Part shown: piece by piece, positions 18,364 to 26,644 of the stretch
Layout of the letters: every line of letters begins with the position of its first letter
How positions within the stretch are numbered: the stretch's first letter is position 1
Source of the DNA: Paramicrosporidium saccamoebae KSL3
Lineage: Eukaryota > Fungi > Cryptomycota
DNA: 32,000 nt
Direction of reading: 5' to 3'
Assembly: GCA_002794465.1 (NCBI GenBank)
Contig: MTSL01000041.1
Location: forward strand, 107,113-139,112
The notes under the pieces: model-generated
Seen by the model: only the letters and a program-made list of their open reading frames with translations
Databases searched by the model: none
What the model was told of the DNA's origin: nothing
Made by a program: the position numbers and the translations under genes

Positions 18364-19062
18364 ATGCCTAGAAGGTATATATTATACTTGGAACCAAACG
18401 GGTCCAACCCCTTACTACAGCTCATCAAAGACTTCTTTGAACTAAGCAAAGGAATTGGGCTCAATGAGGCGCAGCAGTATCGTCCGCACTGTTCAATAAC
18501 TGGCTTCTTTGAAGCTACAACAAACCCACAGGGCGAGTTTGATCCAATTGAGGCGTTTTGCAGACTAATCGACCATGAGTTATCGCGTAGTCATTTACAC
18601 GTTGGTCTTGGCGGTATTGAATTGGACCCTAAAGGGAAAGCAAACTCTCCCAGACAAATACCTTCTGTGCGGCTTACTCTGGCCACTGAGGGAGTCCGTG
18701 AGATTGCTGCTCTTCTCAAAGATAAAATGTCAAATTATGACGTTCACATTCGCCCCAAGCTTGTGGATCACATATCTTTGGCTTACATCGCAAACTTTCC
18801 TCAAAGGGAACATTCAGAAGGGATCTATCAATTTTGTTCATCCATGACTAATAGCAAAGCCGATTCTGTGCACTATGACCCTCAGGCTTACTTGGAAGCT
18901 GCTAGATTACACTTTAAAGACGGCTTGGTGGAATCTAACGAGTGGAATCTCGTCTTGCATGAAGAAGAACATAGCACGTCAATGAACGAGCCACACAAAT
19001 TCCATTCAGTGCGTACATGGAACCTGAAATCGCTACTAAGCAAGGCATATCCGGACAGATGA
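18364..19062 (+). CDS. Stand-alone 2H phosphoesterase, UBASH3/Sts-like 2H domain
   Basis: Two HxS motifs (RPHCSITGFF and VDHISLAY). The N-terminus RRYILYLEP...IKDFFELSK...NEAQQYRPHCSITGFF resembles UBASH3 REYVLYLRP...LSDFWQQSK...NKAHNIFPHITLCQFF. ATG at 18364; the track start is TTG. Confidence 0.75.
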   Translation: MPRRYILYLEPNGSNPLLQLIKDFFELSKGIGLNEAQQYRPHCSITGFFEATTNPQGEFDPIEAFCRLIDHELSRSHLHVGLGGIELDPKGKANSPRQIPSVRLTLATEGVREIAALLKDKMSNYDVHIRPKLVDHISLAYIANFPQREHSEGIYQFCSSMTNSKADSVHYDPQAYLEAARLHFKDGLVESNEWNLVLHEEEHSTSMNEPHKFHSVRTWNLKSLLSKAYPDR

Positions 19063-19100
19063 GTAGCGGAGACATCAATTAAAGAGACCATTTCATGCTT

Positions 19101-19690
19101 TTATTTTTCGTGCTTCCTCTTTTGAGCAGTTGACGATCCCAGCTTTAGAGACTCGTCACTGGCCATCATTGCCCTAGCCTCTGCAGATTCTGGAGCTGGA
19201 TATTGTGCGAGGGGGTGCCCGTGAGGTATAGATGGTACCGGTCTCCGCTGTGATGTGATTCGGTAGCTTGCACTAAGCAATGTTTGCTGGTCAGGCGGGA
19301 GTCTAAGGCCAACCTTGTCCTCAAATATAGGTAACGGGACTGCATTTTTTCGAGCACCCAGCTCGAGCAAAAACTAAACTTAATACAACTGTTGACATGT
19401 ACATCTCGAGACGGCGGCTGTGCAAACATGTGTTTCAGCTGACTCTTGATTCCAAGCCGAAGATCTTCGAGGTCAAGTTCATTCTTCCCCGCATGCTCAG
19501 AATAAATGAGACTATCTTGGAGGACATCTGTCGTATATCCTAAACATATAGTAAATTGTACGAAAAATATTTCCATACGATACATAAACTCTAGTAGCTG
19601 CTGAATCACCTTTGGCTCGCACTCGGCTATCCCACTGGAACAAAGAAGAAGGGACACGAGCTTTGCCTCGCGAGGAACCTGCTCAGTCAT
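19101..19690 (-). CDS. TAF9: TFIID/SAGA subunit TAF9; introns of 39 and 29 nt
   Basis: Spliced: PREAKLVSLLLCSSGIAECEPKVIQQLLEFMYRYTTDVLQDSLIYSEHAG...PPSRDFLLELGARKNAVPLP...GLRLPP. This is the TAF9 histone fold plus its conserved extension. Confidence 0.92.
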
Positions 19691-19951
19691 GATTAAAAGT
19701 AATTGATTTGTTAAGTGCAAGTTGTGTACGAGCCAGGGACTTTAAGTTTTTAGTGAGTGTTAAGATGTGAAAGTATGAGTGTGCGATATAGTATACTATG
19801 GATCAAAGACTTTAGTAAAGAATTCCCATTACCATGGAGAGAGTGTATTACGGGCAAAAACTCTGATAAAGGATCTTTACCATTCATTATGGGGAAACTA
19901 TAATAAACGTTACAGGGGCCCAGATCAAGCGTTAAATACAAGTCTTTACTT

Positions 19952-20050
19952 TCAATCTTGCATATAGCCCTTCACATCAATCTTGCATATAACCCCCACA
20001 TCAATCTTGCATATAACCCCTCACATCAATCTTGCATATAACCTCTCAAA
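19952..20050. repeat. Non-coding minisatellite, 4 x 24-25 bp (TCAATCTTGCATATAACCCCTCACA), just past the RPN13 stop
   Basis: Units at 19952-19976, 19977-20000, 20001-20025 and 20026-20050. They are contiguous, with no spacers. Confidence 0.9.
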
Positions 20051-20058
20051 TAAATCTT

Positions 20059-20970
20059 TTAGACTTTTTTACAAGAACTTTCTGGCGATTCCTTCTGAAC
20101 TAGTGCGCTAATCAAAGACTCCACATTGCATATAGATGGATCCAATTCCAACTCCAGCAGCAAGGGGGCCAAATCTCCAGTGCCGAGGGCTTCGTCCAGA
20201 AAGGACAATGTCTAATGGTCAGGCATGTCTTATTTCCGATTACCTGCTGAAATTGGGGGCTCCGAATAGTAGACTCTAGTTCGTCTTTAGTTTTCGGAAG
20301 ATTTGGAGGGATGAATGAAAACAAAGATTCCCTGATTTTGTCATTGTTAAAAAGAGGTGCCAAGTTCTCGATAGTCAACACCTTTGCTAGACTGAGGCCA
20401 CTGCCACGTCTCTTTGAAGTAACTAAGAGGATAAGACAAAGACCTTGTCACCGGAACCTGAATTTATAGCCTTTTGAATTGCGTCGCTAGGGTTTGAACT
20501 CGCTGACAATTCAGCGGACGGCGCCACTGCTGGCTTCTTATTTAATAAAATACGGTTCATCTTCTTCACAAACTCGGGGCCATAGTCCTCATGCTTAGGC
20601 TCTTGTAGCCAAAAGTACAATCGAATGGACGAGGTGCGAAATTTTACTGCAAAAGCCTTGCCAGTTGGGCATTGAGGAATCGAAAGAAACTCTACTTCTT
20701 CTGGAAAAACTATCAGATCCTTGAAAAATGATAAACATTTGCAGCACTTACATCTTCTGGAGAGCTTGCCGAGCGTTCAAACCAGCGAAAGTGCAACATG
20801 CCGTCCTGTTTCAACTACCATAAATGATGCTCATCCATTGTGGCTACCTTTTCCACCACCACATATCCACGCCTCTTATCTGCAACCAACGTGCTGTCCT
20901 GACGGAGTAATTTTCCGGCTTTGAATCGGATAAGAGGCCCTCCCAAATGCGATGCATAGTTACCGAACAT
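20059..20970 (-). CDS. RPN13: Proteasome ubiquitin receptor Rpn13/ADRM1 (Pru plus DEUBAD domains); four introns (42, 32, 32, 32 nt)
   Basis: Spliced: LIRFKAGKL...ADKRRGYVVVEK|DGMLHFRWFER...|DLIVFPEEVEF...AFAVKFRTSSIRLYFWLQE (Pru domain), and C-terminal LESTIRSPQFQQ|TLSFLDEAL (DEUBAD). Confidence 0.9.
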
Positions 20971-21042
20971 GCCAATAACGTCACAAGTATTCGCGAATTT
21001 ATTATTAAGTGATTCTTAAAATTACTGTCCCAGAATCCCTCA

Positions 21043-22520
21043 TCAATGGCGATCCGCGGATCGTCCATAGGGATGATAGGAGCGCACTGGATGTTGAGAT
21101 GGTCCCTGTATATCATGGTTATACTCAGCCGGTCTATAAGAGTCGCCTCCATATGATGTAGCTTGGCTTGGTGAGGCTGGCCGGCGTGCGTATTGCTGTT
21201 CGTGCAGATCAGGAGGACCTGGCAGGCGGGAGTCTTCGGCAAATTGGGGCTCGTATTCCCCATGTTTTCTGCGGTCATAGTCGCGGTCTCGTCGCCGCTC
21301 ACGGTAGCGTTCTCTGCTAGGACTGCGACTCGGACTTCTTGGCGACCTTGACCGTGATCTGGATCGGCTCTTACTACGCCGGGAGCGTCGGGAATGCCCA
21401 TGTCGGCGGTCATAGCGTGAGGATTCAGACGGATGATACGGCTCTCCCGGCGCAGGTGCTCGGTCAGACGGATGATAGGGCTCTTCCAGCGCAGACGTTC
21501 GGTCAGCTGAATGATAGGATTCGCCCAGGGCAGACACCCGATCAGACGGATGATAGGATTCTCCTACTGCTGACGTGGTGGAAGATGTTCCGTCATTGTA
21601 GCCTCCATTCATTTGGCCCCCCATCGCCGCCATCAATGCTGCATATTGTGTCGGGTCATAAGCACCAGATGCCGGCATCGGTGGTACACCTCCAGACTGT
21701 GACGATCCGTAATACTGACTGTAATATGCTGCCATAGTGGCTGGATTACTGTAGGCTTTCATCATAGCCTCATAATATTCAGGATACTGCTTAAAATACT
21801 CTGTCCAGGCGGCATAGGGATCAGATCCATTATTACTAGCATCTGACTTTGTTGACACTGTGCGTCCCTTGGGAACTGCCAGTTTTACCTCAACTCGACG
21901 TCCACGAATTCGGAGATCGGCATCATTACAAGCTTTTTGCGCTCCCTCGTATGTGGTAAATGTAACGAATCCGAATCCACGCGAGCGTCCCGACTCCCGA
22001 TCACGCATAAGGATTGTTTCGCAAACATCCCCAAACTGTTCAAAAATTTCCTTGAGATCCTTCTCGTCTGCCTCAATATGTATCCCTCCGACAAAAACCT
22101 TGTTCTCTTCTTTTCCAACTCCCATCTTCGTGCTAGTATGACTGGCGACCTGAGGCGCGGGATGTTGCTGGTCTTTTGGAATCGCACGTTTAGGATCAAT
22201 CTGTAAAAGTTTATACCAATGCTATAACCACGGCTAACCTGCTTCTTGTCTAGAATATGTGTTTTTTGCAAGACAATGTCTACTACAACTGGGTCGGCAA
22301 AACTAACAAACCCAAAGCAGCGCGAGCGGCCTGTAGGGTCACGCATTATGTTGCAGTCTGAGACAAGACCAAACTGCTCAAAATATGCCTTCAAGCCCTC
22401 TGATACAGTTAAACCTCAACAATGCTCATACCAGTTGTCGTATTCCAGTGCAGTCCACCAACAAATATTTTACTACACAAGTTACAAATTGGGTCAGAGT
22501 TTGTACCCTTCGTCTCCCAT
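21043..22520 (-). CDS. HRP1: Tandem-RRM RNA-binding protein (Hrp1/Musashi/DAZAP1 family) with Tyr/Ala-rich region, 13-aa repeats and RS domain; three introns (34, 32, 38 nt)
   Basis: Spliced RRM1: MGDEGKIFVGGLHWNTTTEGLKAYFEQFG...IMRDPTGRSRCFGFVSF...IDPKRAIP. RRM2: KVFVGGI...RSRGFGFVTF...VEVKLAVP. Tail RRSRRSKSRSRSRSRSPRSPSRSPSRER. Confidence 0.85.
21425..21564. repeat. Coding tandem repeat, about 3.6 x 39 bp (13 aa, GESYHPSDRxSAL-like), in the RRM gene
   Basis: Units start at 21425, 21464, 21503 and 21542 (tcagacggatgata...). Confidence 0.85.
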
Positions 22521-22612
22521 ATTCTCGGCACAGCCACTATTGAGTGCGGAAGAGATGATTCTGGTGCGGCCTGACGGCGAGCAAACCTTACTAGCCGGGG
22601 CTGTCGGGCGCC

Positions 22613-23042
22613 ATGACAAAACTTGTTCAGTATGTAATTTTGAACAATGCTGTTATGACCGGTACCTCTGGCTGGTTTCAAATTGGCAAATTTCTAGGTT
22701 GGGGCACTGGAGAAATTGCAACGCAAGCGTGCCATGCCTGCGTAGCAGCAATTTCAACATTTGCGCACTTGCCCGATACGCAAAAATACATTAGTCCTGA
22801 GTGCATACAATCCATGACCAAGGTTCTTCTGGAGGTACCGTCAGTGCAATAGCCGTACCAATAATAACTAGACAACAAGTGATGCGGAATTCCGTACTAC
22901 TCTAGACACCTTGAACAAGGCGGGAATTGAACATTATTGCTGGACCGAACAGCCAGAAAACACCATGACCTGTATCGCTCTTCGTCCCTACGAAAAATCC
23001 ACCGTTTCTCGCTACCTGAGACAACTAAATCTGCAGCGATAA
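22613..23042 (+). CDS. PTRHD1: PTRHD1 (Pth2-fold peptidyl-tRNA hydrolase domain protein); 37-nt intron at 22835-22871 and a possible in-frame 36-nt intron near 22661-22696
   Basis: LVQYVIL...IATQACHACVAAI...MTKVLLE|TTSD...IEHYCWTEQPENTMTCIALRPYEK matches PTRHD1 (LVQYLVL...LVAQACHA...MRKVVLE...WLEQPENIATCIALRPYPK). The second exon is missing from the ORF track. Confidence 0.9.
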
Positions 23043-23074
23043 TGTCCGGTCCGGGCTCATTTATTAATTATTCT

Positions 23075-25575
23075 TCAGTGAATTGAATTTAGCGCTTCTA
23101 GATGAGCTCGTCGCAAATCTTCAATCACTTTTGGTCCCAATCTGTTCATGCCCGGGATCCGTTCAAATTCAGATTCAAAGTCGGCCTTGAGGGTAATAAG
23201 AGTAGCTCTTGAGATAGCCGCCCAGGCCTTCTCTTGATCAAAAAATCGTACAATACTCTGTTGTTTCCCCTTCAATGCGTTAATAACCGATTTCGGGATA
23301 GCCTTCCTTTCCGTCGCTCTAGAAACCGAGACTATGCGTGCTGGATAATACGGGTATCCCTTGATCTTTGCCCATACAAGTCCCTGGGCCGGTTCATTCT
23401 CCGTCCGCCGTTGTATCATGCTACTGTCCGCGCCAATAACAGATTGTCGAGATGTTCGTTTTAATGGCTCTCCCTTGCTCTTCTTACGAGAAGGTGGGTG
23501 TTCCCTTTTGGTATCGGCGATTTCATCACAGACAGCAATTCCGCCGATTGCAGAAGCCCATATTCCTGAAAAGTGAAAGGTCTTCGTATGCCTCGTTCGA
23601 GCCGAGTTAATCATTAATCTTGCTGTCTGGATAAATTTACAGGCTGATTCGTGGTATACAGTGCCTTCTTTGTTGTACAGGATAGCGTTAGTAAAGATCA
23701 ATTCGACATCGTTCTGCGCACATTAATCAGATCAAAAATGCATACTGCGAAATCGTCGATTGAATGGTATTGGTCCTGTGAGGCCTTGAAGGCGATGGTG
23801 GAAATGTCCATCGGATGTTTAATAACGTCATAGTAATCCGGAACAAAATGAGAATCTACAGGTTCATGGAAAAACTTGTCATCGTCTAGTTTTCTGTAAA
23901 CTCTATGAGTTACCGTAGTCTCCACAATTACCTTAATTCTGAAATGAGCACCGACAAGACCACATTGATCGGATCCAGTGCAAGGCGAATAAGATCCATG
24001 TCAATCAATAACGTGGAAAGCTTCAGCTTCTCTCGCTTATAGATCAGCAAACAAAGTTCCTCCAGTCTACGAAGATCCTGCAATAAGTCTTTGCGGCGTC
24101 CAAGGGACTCTTGGACATTTGACAAAATGTCTCCACTTGTCCAAGGCTCCACCTGCAGAGTCTTGATCAGAGCTGCGCCGTGTCTAGAGGCCCGTTTAAG
24201 CGACCAATACCGTGAAATGAGCTCAATCGTTCCCAGTTTGTGTTGAGCACCCATGGATGCACAGGTGGCTGTTTGCAAGAGACAGTCGGCAATAGCTTGG
24301 CAGATAAACGGCTTCTGAAAAGTTCTTTCTTGACGCCCGTGGCCGGAGGGTTTGTTTAATACATCATTGTTAACAGGACACACTGGGCCACAATCCGAAG
24401 ATGGCGAAAGACCTTCAGGTCCCGTTGCCATTGAGTGCTTAAAGCACATTAGGGTCTTGGAGGCAATGTTCATAGTACATCGCGCGTGGCGTGCACATTT
24501 TGGGTGAAGAGCCATGTGACAGGATTTTATGGAACACTGAATTGGGGCCCCATACTTTTGACGACAAATCTGACAGACCAGGCCCCATCGTTCCGGATGG
24601 ATCTTTCCGATATCTATAGGTTCTTGATAGGCTGTATTCAAAACGTGTGTTTCCCCACCAAGCATATATGAGCAGAAAAGATGACACCATGGCTTTGAAG
24701 CCTCAGTTGTCTGTTTGAAAGCACCCGCTTTCCATGGACAAAGGCAGCAGCTAACATCTCCTGCATTCAAGTAACATTTTCTACAAAGCCAAGGCCCTTC
24801 GGGAATTAATGGAACACCGTAACAATCTTGGTGGACGGCAATATCACAACTTTCGCACAGCACGATTAAATTATGTGAGGTCGTTTCACTATCGCCACAT
24901 ATGTCACAATGGAGTTCTCCGGAACATTTGGATTCGGCTCTGCGTGAAGTCCATCTCTGGGCTGCGCGACTGAGATTAAACCAACCTCTTTCAAACCGAT
25001 CCATTAAAAGTTCAAAGTCATCTGGCTCAATGATTGCTTGATTTCGATTCCTTCTGGTTAAATTCAGGTTCGCTAGCCAGTTGGCATCTAGGCTGTAAGA
25101 CTATGAGCGCGCAGCTTTACCTTGTTCGTCCATGTCGTACTCTACATCTGGTTCGTAGCCCTCAATAGTCTGTCCAAAATACCCTTCCGTATTATTGTAG
25201 CCTAATCAATCAATTATATAAAATGAGTCAATAGATACTTCTGTCATTTGCCTCCACCGTCCGAAAACGTCGGTTGATGGGGAAGCACAACGGTGCATAA
25301 TCAGCGCGCCGCTCGCTAGCAATTATTCTCGTACTTTTTAATTCCAACTTTCGCACATCGCTGTTCTTGATCCCGCTCTTCCATGGGGTCCGTGATTTTG
25401 CTTTTAAAATTCGTAACTCCCAGTCGTTACGCCAAGCTTCCTCGCAGTGTTGATTAGATACTGGAGGAGCAGATATCGTTTCGAGAGAGACGTCAATATC
25501 TAACACGTTCGGATAGAAACATTTCCAATCATTTTCCTCACGGGGCTTAGTGTTATCGTACGTGTGTGCGCTCAT
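23075..25575 (-). CDS. NTO1: BRPF/Nto1-like histone acetyltransferase scaffold (EPc-N, PHD, zinc knuckle, PHD2, bromodomain, PWWP); four introns (37, 33, 29, 32 nt)
   Basis: VEYDMDEQD; CDICGD...IVLCESCDIAVHQDCYGVPLIPEGPWLCRKC; CCLCP...GAFKQT...WCHLFC; bromodomain FFHEPVD...VPDYYDVIKHPMDISTI...NAILYN; PWWP LVWAKIKGYPYYPARIV. Confidence 0.88.
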
Positions 25576-25621
25576 TGCACGCACAGGACGAATTTATGAC
25601 CGCGTATGACCCCAGTCGCCC

Positions 25622-26569
25622 ATGACTCGAGAAAGTCATAAATTACACCTGAAGACTCTTCTACGCAGCGGTAGTAATATTGGATGCTCGGCGGAATTGG
25701 AACCCGGTGCCAAGAGCCATAAGAAAACAATGGCTGCGATGGCCGATAAACACGAATGCTACCAATTAGCCGTACAAGACGCGCGTATAGAAGTGCGCAA
25801 CTTGGTAAATATTTTTGCCGAGCTTTCACTCACCACGTGTGCGATGCAACGCATTGTGCCAACAATTCTTCTCGAGGATTTTTGTGGCACTGCTTTGTTA
25901 TGCCGCGAATGGGTGGCGAAATTTCCTTTACGCAGGGCATACGGAATTGATTTAGATGCTGATGTCCTTGAATACTCTCAGAAGAAGCTCGTTGATAGCA
26001 ACTTGGTTGGTTCTGTGCGCCTCATTCAGGGTGACGTATTATGCTCCAAACTTGGCAACTGTCCTCCGCCCCACATAATTGTGGCATTTAATTACGGGAT
26101 TTGCTATTTTCACAAATTCTCCATTTTAGTAGAATATTTTAAACGCTGCAAAAATATTCTTGCACCAGGTGGCCTATTTATTTGTGATTTATTTAATGCA
26201 TTTGCGGCCGAGGGATCTGGGAATCTAGGATATAGAAAAGGCTGCGGCGCATTTGACTATATTTTTGAACAGTCGAATATTGACCTGGTTTCCAATACTT
26301 GCCACTGCCATATAAGTTTCAAGTTTAAGGATGGATCTTGGATGAAACGTGCGTTCAGTTATCACTTCCGTATGTGGACGCTTGCTGAAGTGCGTGACGC
26401 CATGTTAGAGGCTGGTTTTGTAAAGGTTGATTTCTTTTTGTCGTATGATGACGGCACAGCCGGGTCTGATGAAAAGACATATACACACGTGTCACAAAAA
26501 ATTACAAATGTCAATCGGCCATGGAGCGCGTATATAACAGGAACTTGCAACGTGGACATGATTTTATAA
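25622..26569 (+). CDS. Uncharacterised class I SAM-dependent methyltransferase, intronless, 315 aa
   Basis: Motif I variant LLEDFCGTALLC, acidic post-I GIDLDADVL, IVAFNYGICYF and LAPGGLFICDL. C-terminal FSYHFRMWTLAEVRDAMLEAGF. Confidence 0.8.
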   Translation: MTRESHKLHLKTLLRSGSNIGCSAELEPGAKSHKKTMAAMADKHECYQLAVQDARIEVRNLVNIFAELSLTTCAMQRIVPTILLEDFCGTALLCREWVAKFPLRRAYGIDLDADVLEYSQKKLVDSNLVGSVRLIQGDVLCSKLGNCPPPHIIVAFNYGICYFHKFSILVEYFKRCKNILAPGGLFICDLFNAFAAEGSGNLGYRKGCGAFDYIFEQSNIDLVSNTCHCHISFKFKDGSWMKRAFSYHFRMWTLAEVRDAMLEAGFVKVDFFLSYDDGTAGSDEKTYTHVSQKITNVNRPWSAYITGTCNVDMIL

Positions 26570-26644
26570 AACCTCGGTTTTTATTAATCGCAGCGCTGGG
26601 TTGACGCACAAACCATGAAATAGGCCCAAAGTACTCATTCAAAA

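Noticed and set aside
19952-20050. CRISPR-like array reading of the 24-25-bp repeats
   Set aside because: The units are contiguous with no unique spacers, there are no cas genes, and the context is spliceosomal eukaryotic DNA.
20844-21413. 189-aa overlapping ORF in another frame across the RRM and RPN13 genes
   Set aside because: It overlaps two genes with clear homology, has no recognisable motif, and open frames are expected over GC-rich low-complexity RS coding sequence.
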